64,000 nucleotides of DNA, taken from contig OY970309.1 in NCBI GenBank assembly GCA_963716395.1, positions 256,001 to 320,000 on the forward strand, written 5' to 3'. Origin of the DNA: an uncultured Fibrobacteria bacterium. GTDB taxonomy: Bacteria > Fibrobacterota > Fibrobacteria > UBA11236. The position numbers and the translations under genes are program-made. The notes beneath the pieces were generated by a model, which did no database searches, had not been told where the DNA came from, and saw only the letters and a program-made list of their open reading frames with translations. Every line of letters starts with the position of its first letter. The first letter of the stretch is position 1. This document shows positions 48,848 through 58,290 of this stretch, piece by piece.

Positions 48848-50203
48848 ATGTTTTCCCGCTTTACCACAAACTTGTCCATTGCCCGCGCAGCCGCATGGGC
48901 GGCTTCGATTCTCTGCTTGGTATTCGCCGCGCCGGCCGGGGCGAAAGCCGCTTTGGAAAAAGAAGACCTTACCTTCGGGTTCATCAAGCTCACCGATTGC
49001 GCCCCCTTGGTCATCGCCAAAGAGAAAGGTTTTTTCCAGGATGAAGGCCTGTATGTGACGCTGCAAGCCCAGGCCAATTGGAAGGTGCTGCTCGACCGCG
49101 TCATCGACGGTTCGCTGGACGGGGCGCATATGCTGGCAGGCCAGCCCATCGGCGCCACCATCGGCATCGGCACCAAGGCCGACATCGTCACCGCGCTGAC
49201 GCTCGACCTCAACGGCAACGCCATCACCGTTTCCAACGCGGTGTGGAAACAGATGAAGCCCCATGTGGCGATGCGCGACGGCAAACCCGTGCACCCCATT
49301 TCCGCGGCCGCCCTGAAACCCGTGGTCATGCAATACAAGAACGAAGGCAAGCAATTCAACATGGGCATGGTCTTTCCGGTCTCAACGCACAATTATGAAA
49401 TCCGCTACTGGCTCGCCGCGGGTGGATTGAATCCCGGACTCTACACCCCCGACGATAACACCGGCATGACGGGCGCCGATGTGTTGCTTTCGGTGACTCC
49501 GCCGCCGCAAATGCCCGCCACGCTGGAGGCCGGCACCATTTACGGCTATTGCGTCGGAGAACCCTGGAATCAGCAGGCCGTGTTCAAAGGCATCGGGGTT
49601 CCGGTGGTCACCGACTACGAAATCTACCGGAACAAGGCCGAGAAGGTGTTCGGGGTGACCCGGGCCTGGGCCGAGAAATATCCCAACACCCACGTGGCGG
49701 TGATCAAGGCGCTCATCCGCGCCTGCCAATGGCTTGATGCCGACAACGGCAAGAACCGCAAAGAGGCGGTGGGTATCCTTTCGCGGCCGGAATACGTGGG
49801 CGCCGACTCCGCCGTGATCGCCAACAGCATGACCGGCACCTTCGAATTCGAGAAGGGCGACAAACGGTCTTTTCCCGATTTCAACGTCTTTTTCCGCTAC
49901 CACGCGACCTATCCGTATTACAGCGACTGCATCTGGTTCCTGACGCAAATGCGCCGCTGGGGCCAGATTCCGAAAAGCCAACCGGATGCCTGGTATCAGG
50001 CCGTTGCGAAGAAGGTGTATCTCCCCGACGTGTGGCGCAAAGCGGCCGAAGAATTGGTGGCGGAAAAAAAACTGGACCCGTCTGCCATTCCGGTCACCGA
50101 CGGCTACAAGCCGCCAACCACCGACTTCATCGACGGGAAGAAATACGACGGACGCCAACCGCTGGAATATCTGGCATCCTTTAAAATCGGTAACCGGGAT
50201 TGA
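48848..50203 (+). CDS. nrtA: NrtA/CmpA-family nitrate ABC substrate-binding protein
   Basis: [57 protein letters not shown]; RBS AGGAGG. Confidence 0.93.
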   Translation: MFSRFTTNLSIARAAAWAASILCLVFAAPAGAKAALEKEDLTFGFIKLTDCAPLVIAKEKGFFQDEGLYVTLQAQANWKVLLDRVIDGSLDGAHMLAGQPIGATIGIGTKADIVTALTLDLNGNAITVSNAVWKQMKPHVAMRDGKPVHPISAAALKPVVMQYKNEGKQFNMGMVFPVSTHNYEIRYWLAAGGLNPGLYTPDDNTGMTGADVLLSVTPPPQMPATLEAGTIYGYCVGEPWNQQAVFKGIGVPVVTDYEIYRNKAEKVFGVTRAWAEKYPNTHVAVIKALIRACQWLDADNGKNRKEAVGILSRPEYVGADSAVIANSMTGTFEFEKGDKRSFPDFNVFFRYHATYPYYSDCIWFLTQMRRWGQIPKSQPDAWYQAVAKKVYLPDVWRKAAEELVAEKKLDPSAIPVTDGYKPPTTDFIDGKKYDGRQPLEYLASFKIGNRD

Positions 50204-50207
50204 CGCG

Positions 50208-51230
50208 ATGAAACGGAAACTGATTCGCTTTCTGTCCCTGCTGGGAATGACTTGGCTCATTCCCCTGCTGCGCCTGGCGTGGAAGGAAAATCCGCGGCAA
50301 CAAGTGCGGGAATTGCGCACCACCTTGGCCGTGCCGCTCCTGGCCATCGCCCTCTTCCTGGGGCTGTGGTCGGTGTTGGCCCGGCAAATCCACACCAGCT
50401 TGGGAACCTTGCCCGGCCCGCAAAGCGTTCTGGTCGAGTTCAAAGTTTTGCTGCGCGAGCACGCCGAAGAACGCGCCCGAGCTCGGGCTTTTTACCGCGA
50501 ACAGGAGCAACGCATCGCGGCGCAATTGGCCGCCGATCCCCATGCCGAAGTCAGGCGGCACGCCTACACGGGCGCGCCGACCTTCATCGACCAGATCGAA
50601 ACCAGCCTCAAAACCGTGTTCGCGGGATTTTTAATCGCTTCCCTGATAGCCATACCCGTGGGACTTTTCTGCGGCATGAGCCGGACCTGCATGAACGCGT
50701 TAAATCCGTTGATCCAGATTTTCAAACCGGTATCGCCCTTGGCCTGGCTTCCCATCGTCACCATGGTCGTCAGCGCCGCATACGCCACGCAAAACGGGCT
50801 TTTTCCCAAGTGCTTTGTGATTTCGGCCATCACGGTTTCGCTGTGTTCGCTTTGGCCCAGCATCATGAATACGGCCCTGGGCGTGGCTTCGGTGGACAAG
50901 GATTATCTCAACGTCGCCCGGGTTTTGAAATTGAGCTGGTCCACCCGGGTGGTGAAAATCCTGCTGCCGGCTTCGTTGCCGCTCATGTTCACCGGCCTGC
51001 GCATTTCCCTGGGCGTGGGCTGGATGGTGCTCATCGCCGCGGAAATGCTGGCCCAGAATCCCGGGCTGGGAAAATTCGTGTGGGACGAATTTCAGAACGG
51101 CAGCAGCGATTCGCTGGCGCGCATCATGGTCGCGGTGTTCGCCATCGGGTTCATCGGCTTCGCGCTCGACCGCGTCATGGTCGTACTGCAGAAATGGGTC
51201 AGCTTTCAACCCGATGTCGCGGTGAATTGA
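50208..51230 (+). CDS. nrtB: Nitrate ABC transporter permease
   Basis: [50 protein letters not shown]. Confidence 0.92.
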   Translation: MKRKLIRFLSLLGMTWLIPLLRLAWKENPRQQVRELRTTLAVPLLAIALFLGLWSVLARQIHTSLGTLPGPQSVLVEFKVLLREHAEERARARAFYREQEQRIAAQLAADPHAEVRRHAYTGAPTFIDQIETSLKTVFAGFLIASLIAIPVGLFCGMSRTCMNALNPLIQIFKPVSPLAWLPIVTMVVSAAYATQNGLFPKCFVISAITVSLCSLWPSIMNTALGVASVDKDYLNVARVLKLSWSTRVVKILLPASLPLMFTGLRISLGVGWMVLIAAEMLAQNPGLGKFVWDEFQNGSSDSLARIMVAVFAIGFIGFALDRVMVVLQKWVSFQPDVAVN

Positions 51231-51243
51231 AGATCGGAGAGCC

Positions 51244-52077
51244 GTGATGTTGTGCCTGAAAAACGTTTCCAAATCCTTCGGCACCGAGCCGGCGCGCGTC
51301 GAGGTGCTCCACCGCATCAACCTGACCGTGTCCGAAGGCGAATTTCTGGCGGTGGTGGGTTTTTCGGGCAGCGGCAAGTCGACCCTCATCAATCTGATCG
51401 CCGGCTTGCAAACTCCCGACGCGGGCGAAATCCTGCTGCGGGGCGAACCCGTGCGCGGACCGGGCCCGGATCGCGGCGTGGTCTTTCAGAACTATTCCCT
51501 GCTGCCGTGGCTGACGGTGGCGGGCAACGTGAAGCTGGCCGTGGATCGCATCTTTCCGCACTGGACCCGGGCGCAACGCGTGGAACGCACGCGCCACTAC
51601 ATCGAGATGGTCCGGCTGGGTCCGGCGGCGCACAAGCGCCCCGGAGAACTTTCCGGCGGCATGCGCCAGCGCGTGGCCGTGGCCCGGGCTTTGGCCGGCG
51701 ATCCCGAAATTCTGCTGCTCGACGAACCGCTCGGTGCTTTGGACGCCTTGACCCGCGGCTCGCTGCAAACCGAGATCGAAAGCCTGTGGCGCCTGAACCG
51801 CAAGACCATCGTGCTCATCACCAATGACGTGGATGAGGCCATTCTCCTGGCCGATCGCATCGTGCCCCTGAACCCGGGCCCCGGCGCCACCTTGGGCCCG
51901 GATTTCGAAGTGCCCTTCGAACGGCCGCGCCATCCCCTCACGCTCAACCGCGATCCGGTATTCCGGAAAATCCGCACGCAAATCATCCGGTATCTGTCCG
52001 AGGCCGCGGCCCGCAAAAACCTGCGCGAGGAAACCGCGGAGTTTCCCCTGCCCGATCTGAAACCTATGGAAGTTTAA
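51244..52077 (+). CDS. nrtC: Nitrate ABC transporter ATP-binding subunit 1
   Basis: [38 protein letters not shown]; switch His replaced (ITND). Confidence 0.88.
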   Translation: MMLCLKNVSKSFGTEPARVEVLHRINLTVSEGEFLAVVGFSGSGKSTLINLIAGLQTPDAGEILLRGEPVRGPGPDRGVVFQNYSLLPWLTVAGNVKLAVDRIFPHWTRAQRVERTRHYIEMVRLGPAAHKRPGELSGGMRQRVAVARALAGDPEILLLDEPLGALDALTRGSLQTEIESLWRLNRKTIVLITNDVDEAILLADRIVPLNPGPGATLGPDFEVPFERPRHPLTLNRDPVFRKIRTQIIRYLSEAAARKNLREETAEFPLPDLKPMEV

Positions 52078-52095
52078 CCCTGCGACGGCGGAACC

Positions 52096-52938
52096 ATGTC
52101 CAAATATCTGCGGCTCACCGATCTCTCGAAACGCTATCCTTCTTCCCCGGGCACGCCTCCGGTGGTGGAGCATTTCGATCTCGAACTGGAAAAAGGCGAA
52201 TTCGTGTCGCTCATCGGCCATTCCGGTTGCGGGAAATCCACCGTGCTTTCCATGGCGGCCGGGCTGGCTGAGCCCACCGAGGGCGCCATCGTACTCATGG
52301 GTCATGAAGTGGAGGGGCCGGGCCCGGATCGCGGCGTGGTGTTTCAATCGCCCTGCCTGTTTCCGTGGATGACGGCCTTGGAAAACGTAATGCTGGGGGT
52401 ACGGCGCGTATTTCCCCATGGGACCAAGGAGCAGCGCCGCGACATCGCGCGCTATTACCTGAACCGCGTGGGGTTGTCCAAAGCATTGGACCAGCGCGCG
52501 GCCGAATTGTCCCTGGGCATGCGGCAGCGCGTGGGCATCGCGCGCGCCTTCGCCCTGAAGCCCAAATTGCTGTTGCTCGACGAACCCTTCGGCATGCTCG
52601 ATTCCCTGACGCGCGCCGAGTTGCAGGACGTGCTCATGGAAATCTGGGCGGCGGAGCGCATCACGGCCTTGATGGTGACGCATGATGTCGACGAGGCATT
52701 GTATCTCTCGGATCGCGTGGCCATGATGACCAGCGGCCCCCGCGCCCACGTGGGTAAAATCCTGAATATTCCCTGGCCCCGGCCCCGCCGGCGCACCGAA
52801 GTGCTGGAGCACGATCGTTACTATGAATTGCGGGGCAATCTCATTAGATTTTTGCAAGACCATGACCCGAAAGCCAAGTCTTTCGGCCCGCCGGCCGAGG
52901 TCGCCGTGGGGCAGGTCATTACGGCAGAGCAACCATAG
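52096..52938 (+). CDS. nrtD: Nitrate ABC transporter ATP-binding subunit 2
   Basis: GHSGCGKST, VFQSPCLFPWM, LSLGMRQR, LLDEPFGMLD, VTHDVDEA. Confidence 0.88.
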   Translation: MSKYLRLTDLSKRYPSSPGTPPVVEHFDLELEKGEFVSLIGHSGCGKSTVLSMAAGLAEPTEGAIVLMGHEVEGPGPDRGVVFQSPCLFPWMTALENVMLGVRRVFPHGTKEQRRDIARYYLNRVGLSKALDQRAAELSLGMRQRVGIARAFALKPKLLLLDEPFGMLDSLTRAELQDVLMEIWAAERITALMVTHDVDEALYLSDRVAMMTSGPRAHVGKILNIPWPRPRRRTEVLEHDRYYELRGNLIRFLQDHDPKAKSFGPPAEVAVGQVITAEQP

Positions 52939-52998
52939 CTACACCTTAGATTCACCATCGACCAACCACCGAACACCATTTCCACCAGCAAGGAACGG

Positions 52999-54270
52999 AT
53001 GCCGGCCACGCTTGCCACTGGGTTGCGACCGAAACCGGGGGCAGCCTCCGAGGGATGTTCCGCAGGTGATGAGATCGCAATCGCGGAAGCGGATCGCCGT
53101 TTGGAGTCCTACCGGGGGATTTTCCCGGAGGAAACCGTTCCGCTATCGCAAGCCGCCGGGCGGGTTTTGCGCGAACCCATTGCGGCTGACCGGCCCTATC
53201 CTCCCCTCGATGTGGTACGCATGGACGGCGTAGCCATCGCCTACCGGGTTTGGGAAAGCGGCGCGCGGGAATTCCCCATCGCGGGTCTGGCGAAAGCGGG
53301 CGAAGCCCGCCAAATTTTGGCGCATCCGTCCGGCTGCATCGAAGTGATGACCGGAGCGCCTTGCCCCGAGGGCTGCGACACCGTCATTCCCTATGAAGAA
53401 ATCCGGCGCTACGAAGGCCGCGCGCTGGCGCACACCGCCCATCCCCGGCCAGGGCAGCACGTCGATGCGGGGGGATCGCAATGCGATTCGGGTCAGGTGC
53501 TGGTGGCCGCGCGCGTCCGCCTCACCGCGCCGCGCCTGGCGGTAGCCGCATCGGTGGGCAAATCCGCGCTCCGGGTGACGCGCCTGGCGCGCATCGCCGT
53601 CGTGGCCACCGGCGACGAACTGGTCGAGGTGGAAACCGCGCCGTTACCCCATCAGATCCGGCTTTCCAATCCCTTCGGCCTGGGCGCCTTGTTGCGCACG
53701 CTGGCCGAAATTCGGGTCGAGACCGCCGGCGATGATCCCGCGCGCTTGTCGGAGTTGTTCGGCCGCTGCCTGGAATCGGCGGATATGCTGTTGGTAACCG
53801 GAGGCGTCTCGGCGGGAAAACTCGATTTCGTGCCCGAGGTTTTGGGCCGGTTGGGCGTGAAACCGGTATTCCATCGCCTAGCGCAAAAGCCCGGCAAGCC
53901 GCTGTGGTTCGGAGTTTCGCCGGCCGGCCAGCCGGTTTTCGGGTTGCCCGGCAATCCGGTTTCGGCCTTGGTATGCGCACGGCGCTTCGTGGTTCCACTC
54001 TTGCAATTCAATTCCGGGCTGAATCCGTTTTCCCCCGTGCCCCAGATCCGCCTGGCCGCCGACATCCGCAGTTGGGAACGCGGGACCTTGTTCGTACCGG
54101 TTGCGCTGCGCGCGGAGGAAGCCGGCTGGCTGACCGCCGTCCCCCAACCGACCCAAGGCTCGGGCGATTTCACCCGGCTGGGCGACAGCGACGGTTTTGT
54201 GGAAATTCCGGCAGGCCGGGGTGTTGTGCGCGCGGGAGAGGCGGCGCCATATTATGCCTGGGAAATTTGA
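52999..54270 (+). CDS. moeA: Molybdopterin molybdotransferase
   Basis: MDGVA, MTGAP.PEGCDTVIP.E, ATGDEL, TGGVSAGKLD, KPGKP, GLPGNPVSA. Confidence 0.95.
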   Translation: MPATLATGLRPKPGAASEGCSAGDEIAIAEADRRLESYRGIFPEETVPLSQAAGRVLREPIAADRPYPPLDVVRMDGVAIAYRVWESGAREFPIAGLAKAGEARQILAHPSGCIEVMTGAPCPEGCDTVIPYEEIRRYEGRALAHTAHPRPGQHVDAGGSQCDSGQVLVAARVRLTAPRLAVAASVGKSALRVTRLARIAVVATGDELVEVETAPLPHQIRLSNPFGLGALLRTLAEIRVETAGDDPARLSELFGRCLESADMLLVTGGVSAGKLDFVPEVLGRLGVKPVFHRLAQKPGKPLWFGVSPAGQPVFGLPGNPVSALVCARRFVVPLLQFNSGLNPFSPVPQIRLAADIRSWERGTLFVPVALRAEEAGWLTAVPQPTQGSGDFTRLGDSDGFVEIPAGRGVVRAGEAAPYYAWEI

Positions 54271-55240
54271 GAGTGAGGCCGCGCCAGCCGTGACGCCACG
54301 GGTCCGCTTGATTGACCCGGCGGGAAGAGTATTGCGCAAGTTACGGGTTTCGCTGACCGACGCCTGTAATTACCGCTGCTTTTATTGCATGCCCAAACAT
54401 CCGACCTTCACGCCGGCGTCCCAACTGCTGCGGCCCGACGAATACCGGTCCATTTGTTCCGCTTTGGTGGCCCGGGGAATGGAAGAGTTGCGCCTCACGG
54501 GCGGGGAGCCCACGGCCCGACCGGAATTCCGCGCCATTGTCGCTGCCTTGACCGAGGTTCTTGCCGCGCGGCGCAGCCTGACCAGCAATGGGCAATTGCT
54601 GGCGCGCCATCTGGATTTCCTACGCGACCTGGGGTGGACGAATGTGAACATCAGCCTTGACAGTTTGGATGCCGGAAGTTTCGCGCGCATCACCGGGGGC
54701 GGTGATTTTGCAACCGTGATGGCCTGCATCGAACAAGCCGTGGCCAAGGGTTTTCAGGTTAAGATCAATGCCGTGATCTTCAAGGGCGTAAACGACGGCG
54801 AGTTGTGCGATTTCGCCCGCTGGTCGGCGCGGACCGGCATCGAAGTGCGCTTTCTGGAATTCATGAAAATCGGCCCGACCTACGGGGAGAACTGGCGGCG
54901 CTTTATGTCCGCCGAAGACATGATCGCGAAGCTGGAGACCTTCACCGAACTGCGTCCGGTTCCCGTTCCTCTCGATTCCCCCGCCTTCGTCTTCGAAACC
55001 GGCGAAGGCGCGCGCCTGGGATTCATCGCTTCCGAATCGCAACCGTTTTGCGGCCGGTGTTCGCGCCTGCGGCTTTCGGCGACCGGGGTTTTACGCGCGT
55101 GTCTGATGAGCGAGCAGGGAATTTCACTCCGCGGCGTGGCTCCGGATGGCATTCCGGATATTTTGCATCAGGTCATGGCCATGAAACCGCAGGGGCGCCT
55201 GGATCACGTGGATCAACCCATGCACGCCATCGGAGGGTGA
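54254..55240 (+). CDS. moaA: GTP 3',8-cyclase (radical SAM)
   Basis: LRVSLTDACNYRCFYCMP, RLTGGEP, NISLDSL, FCGRCSRLRL, C-terminal IGG; start could be GTG 54290. Confidence 0.95.
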   Translation: MPGKFESEAAPAVTPRVRLIDPAGRVLRKLRVSLTDACNYRCFYCMPKHPTFTPASQLLRPDEYRSICSALVARGMEELRLTGGEPTARPEFRAIVAALTEVLAARRSLTSNGQLLARHLDFLRDLGWTNVNISLDSLDAGSFARITGGGDFATVMACIEQAVAKGFQVKINAVIFKGVNDGELCDFARWSARTGIEVRFLEFMKIGPTYGENWRRFMSAEDMIAKLETFTELRPVPVPLDSPAFVFETGEGARLGFIASESQPFCGRCSRLRLSATGVLRACLMSEQGISLRGVAPDGIPDILHQVMAMKPQGRLDHVDQPMHAIGG

Positions 55241-55714
55241 ATGAAAACCTTGACCCATCTCGCGAGCGGGGTGCCGGCCATGGTCGACATCGGCGGCAAG
55301 GCGCCGTCGCGCCGCACCGCCAAAGCCGAAGCCTGGGTCTGGCTTCCGGAAGAAGTGCGCCAGCATTTCGACGGCACGGACATTCAGGGGCCCAAGGGCG
55401 CGGTGTTTCAGACGGCGATTGTGGCCGGCGTGATGGCGGCCAAGCGCACGGCGGATCTGATACCACTGTGCCACTCTCTGCCATTGGACGATTGCCGCAT
55501 CGCCATCCACCTGAAAGAAGGCGGGGCCCACATCGAATGCGAGGCCAAAACCGAACACCGCACCGGGGTGGAAATGGAAGCTTTGACCGGCGCCAGCGTG
55601 GCCGCGTTGACGCTGTACGACATGTGCAAAGCCCTTTCGCACCACATCGAGATCCGGCATGTGCGCCTGTTGGAAAAAACCGGGGGGAAAAATGACTTCC
55701 GCCGTGCCCGCTGA
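55241..55714 (+). CDS. moaC: Cyclic pyranopterin monophosphate synthase
   Basis: LTHL..MVDI, AAKRTADLIPLCH, TGVEMEALT, YDMCKA, KTGGK. Confidence 0.96.
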   Translation: MKTLTHLASGVPAMVDIGGKAPSRRTAKAEAWVWLPEEVRQHFDGTDIQGPKGAVFQTAIVAGVMAAKRTADLIPLCHSLPLDDCRIAIHLKEGGAHIECEAKTEHRTGVEMEALTGASVAALTLYDMCKALSHHIEIRHVRLLEKTGGKNDFRRAR

Positions 55715-56318
55715 TCCGCCGCTGTACGGCCTGGTACTGGCCGGAGGTCGCAGCCGCCGCATGGGGGCGGACAAAAGCGGCCTACGTTACCGCGAAGATA
55801 CGCCGCATGCCGGTTACACCGCCCGCCTGCTGGAGCCGTTGTGCGTGCGCGTTTTTTACTCCTGCCGCGCGGATCAGGCCGGCGACCCCCTGTTCGCCGC
55901 CGGTTCTGTCCTCTGCGATGTCTTTCCCGATTGGGGGCCTTTGGGCGGAATTTTATCGGCCCAGCAACGCTTTCCCCACGCCGCTTTCTTGGTGTTGGCT
56001 TGCGATTTACCCTTTCTCCGGGATGAGCCCCTGCAGCATTTGCTTGCGCACCGCGACGCCGGCCAAGTGGCCACGGCGTTCCACCACCCCGTGCGCCAGC
56101 GCCCCGAACCTTTATGCGCGATTTACGAACCCCGCTTCGCGGCAGCGGCCCTGCCCTGGGCGCGGCAGGGAGTTCTTTGCCCCACGCAATTGCTACTGCG
56201 CCTGGAGGCCCGGCTCATTCCCCCTCCCGACGCGCGCTTTCTGGAAAACGCCAACCGACCTGAAGATTATCAGAAGGCCAAAGCGACACTGGCGACGGAG
56301 ATGTCCGCCCATGCCTGA
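55692..56318 (+). CDS. mobA: Molybdenum cofactor guanylyltransferase
   Basis: LAGGRSRRMGADK, GPLGGI, LACDLP, EPLCAIY, NANRPEDY. Confidence 0.92.
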   Translation: MTSAVPADPPLYGLVLAGGRSRRMGADKSGLRYREDTPHAGYTARLLEPLCVRVFYSCRADQAGDPLFAAGSVLCDVFPDWGPLGGILSAQQRFPHAAFLVLACDLPFLRDEPLQHLLAHRDAGQVATAFHHPVRQRPEPLCAIYEPRFAAAALPWARQGVLCPTQLLLRLEARLIPPPDARFLENANRPEDYQKAKATLATEMSAHA

Positions 56319-56574
56319 GCCCGAGACGACGGCCATTTCGGTTACGGTGGAATACTTCGCGGTGCTGCGCGATTGCGCCGGCAAAAACTCGGAATCCTTG
56401 GCCCTCGAGTCCGCCTGGCCGGCGGCGGTTTACGATCAGTTACAGGCCCGTTACCGCTTCCCCTTGGACCGAAGCCGCATCCACCTGGCGGTGAACGGCG
56501 AATTCGCCGCCTGGGATCAAACGCTGCGGCCGGGCGACACCGTGGTTTTCCTGCCGCCCGTATGCGGAGGCTAG
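56311..56574 (+). CDS. moaD: Molybdopterin synthase sulfur carrier
   Basis: YFAVLRD.AG, AVNGEF, C-terminal PPVCGG. Confidence 0.92.
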   Translation: MPEPETTAISVTVEYFAVLRDCAGKNSESLALESAWPAAVYDQLQARYRFPLDRSRIHLAVNGEFAAWDQTLRPGDTVVFLPPVCGG

Positions 56575-56575
56575 G

Positions 56576-57022
56576 TTGTTTCAACTGACCCGCGCGCCCT
56601 TGGACGCGGCGGCGCTGCGCGCGCGCTTGGCGCATCCGGATTGCGGCGCCTGCGTCGCTTTCGAAGGTTGGGTGCGCAACCGGAATGAAGGGCGCGCGGT
56701 TTTACGGCTGGAATACGAAGCTTACCCGGCGCTGGCCGTCAAAGAAGGCGAGCGCATTCTGCAAGAAGCGCTGCGAGATTTTCCGATTAAGGCCGCCCAT
56801 TGCGTGCACCGCCTGGGCTTGCTGGAAATCGGGGAAACCGCCGTGTGGATCGGAGCCGTGTCCCCCCATCGCCAGGCCGCCTTTGCCGCCTGCGAATGGC
56901 TGATCGCCGCGGTGAAACATCGGGTTCCGATCTGGAAGCGCGAACATTATGCCGACGGCGGATGCGAATGGATTCTATGCGCGCATGATGCCGATCACGC
57001 CGACCATGCTGCCGCGCACTAG
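56576..57022 (+). CDS. moaE: Molybdopterin synthase catalytic subunit
   Basis: FEGWVRN, LEYEAY, HRLG.L.IGE, HRQAAF, VPIWKREHY. Confidence 0.95.
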   Translation: MFQLTRAPLDAAALRARLAHPDCGACVAFEGWVRNRNEGRAVLRLEYEAYPALAVKEGERILQEALRDFPIKAAHCVHRLGLLEIGETAVWIGAVSPHRQAAFAACEWLIAAVKHRVPIWKREHYADGGCEWILCAHDADHADHAAAH

Positions 57023-57046
57023 CTTAAGGCTAAGACGCAGCGGGAA

Positions 57047-57790
57047 TTGACGGTGGAATTAGCGCATCCCATTTTGACGTCCGGCGCCGTCCTCGTCATC
57101 GCTTTTCTCTACTCGTCCGTCGGCCATGCCGGAGCCTCCGGTTATATCGCCGCACTCACCTTGCTGGGATTTTCCACGGCCTTCATCAAGCCCACGGCCC
57201 TGACCCTCAACATTCTGGTGGCGGTCATCGGCACCTGGCAGTTCTGGCGGGCCGGCCATTTTTCTTGGAAGCTGTTCTGGCCGTTCGCCGTGGCCTCCAT
57301 GCCGTGCGCCTTTGCGGGCGGATATTTGCAACTTCCCTCCGTTTGGTTTCGGCCGCTGGTGGGCGCGGTACTGTGGTTTTCGTCGCTGCGATTTTTTCTC
57401 AGCCCAAACGACCCTCCGCACATCAAACCGCCCGGAATCGGCCTGGCCATGGGAACCGGAGGCGGCCTCGGTTTTCTGGCCGGCCTCACCGGCACCGGCG
57501 GAGGAATTTTCCTGACGCCGCTGTTGTTGTTATGCCGCTGGGCCCGAACGCGCAATGCGGCCGCCGTCTCGGCATTGTTTATCCTGGTGAATTCCAGCAC
57601 CGGCCTGTTGGGCTATGTCGGCAGCGGCCGGCGCCTTCCCCACCTCACCTTGACCCTGGCCGTGGCGGCGGCCGCGGGAGGCTTCGCCGGATCCTATTGC
57701 GGGAGCCGACGCTTCCCGGTGCGCACCGTGCGAATTTTACTGGCCTCGGTTCTGGTCATCGCCGGTGCCAAATTGATGTTCACACCGTAA
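57047..57790 (+). CDS. TauE/SafE (TSUP) family membrane transporter
   Basis: YSSVGHAGASGY, GLTGTGGGIFLTP, SALFILVNS; ~8 TM helices. Confidence 0.85.
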   Translation: MTVELAHPILTSGAVLVIAFLYSSVGHAGASGYIAALTLLGFSTAFIKPTALTLNILVAVIGTWQFWRAGHFSWKLFWPFAVASMPCAFAGGYLQLPSVWFRPLVGAVLWFSSLRFFLSPNDPPHIKPPGIGLAMGTGGGLGFLAGLTGTGGGIFLTPLLLLCRWARTRNAAAVSALFILVNSSTGLLGYVGSGRRLPHLTLTLAVAAAAGGFAGSYCGSRRFPVRTVRILLASVLVIAGAKLMFTP

Positions 57791-57985
57791 AGGTGGTCGG
57801 CCGGTCCATCTCCAAAAAAATCCTGGCCCTGTTGTCAGCCTGGGTTAACACGCAGCCGACAATTCCTTTCACTCGACCCGAATTCTACCGGGAATGTGCT
57901 GGATAATGAATCTTTAGTGCTTTCTCGTCCTGCAAAATTCAGTACAAATCGGCCTCCGATAGCGCGGTGATTCGCGCCGGTTTAC

Positions 57986-58001
57986 TGGTACGCCTCTTGC
58001 G
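57986..58001 (+). promoter_or_regulatory. Sigma-54 (-24/-12) promoter of dmsBC-like/narB/narM operon
   Basis: TGGTAC-GCCTC-TTGCG, GG-N10-GC. Confidence 0.7.
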
Positions 58002-58054
58002 CTCTATCCAAGCAGTTCAAGTCGTTGTTTGAAGCCCTGCTTTAAACGAAACGG

Positions 58055-58114
58055 CCAACCGCATACCGGTCTGTCCGGGCCTTTGGTCAACCTGGTCAAA
58101 TTATTACGCCATGG
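58055..58114 (+). promoter_or_regulatory. Conserved leader motif, copy 2
   Basis: CCAACCGCATACCGGTCTGTCCGGGCCTTTGGTCA...GCCATGG; homologous to 48677-48736. Confidence 0.55.
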
Positions 58115-58290
58115 GATGCCGAGGGTTCGGGTATGACGGTTTACATGCGCCTTGGGCCAAGGCCTCATCATCCGGGTTATTCCCGTGATGTGTTTGTTCC
58201 CGATACAGCCGGCCTGCATCTGCTTTTCCTCACTTGCGACCGGGCATGGCTGCGGCGCACGGCAGCACTGCGAAACAGTTTCGGGCCTTT

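Noticed and set aside
52940-52990. CACC/ACCA-rich stretch before moeA as a repeat array
   Set aside because: Short low-complexity spacer with no regular repeat-spacer structure; no CRISPR array seen in the window.
58111-58188. 25-codon uORF (MGCRGFGYDG...) in the dmsBC-like leader
   Set aside because: No SD and no equivalent peptide in leader copy 1.
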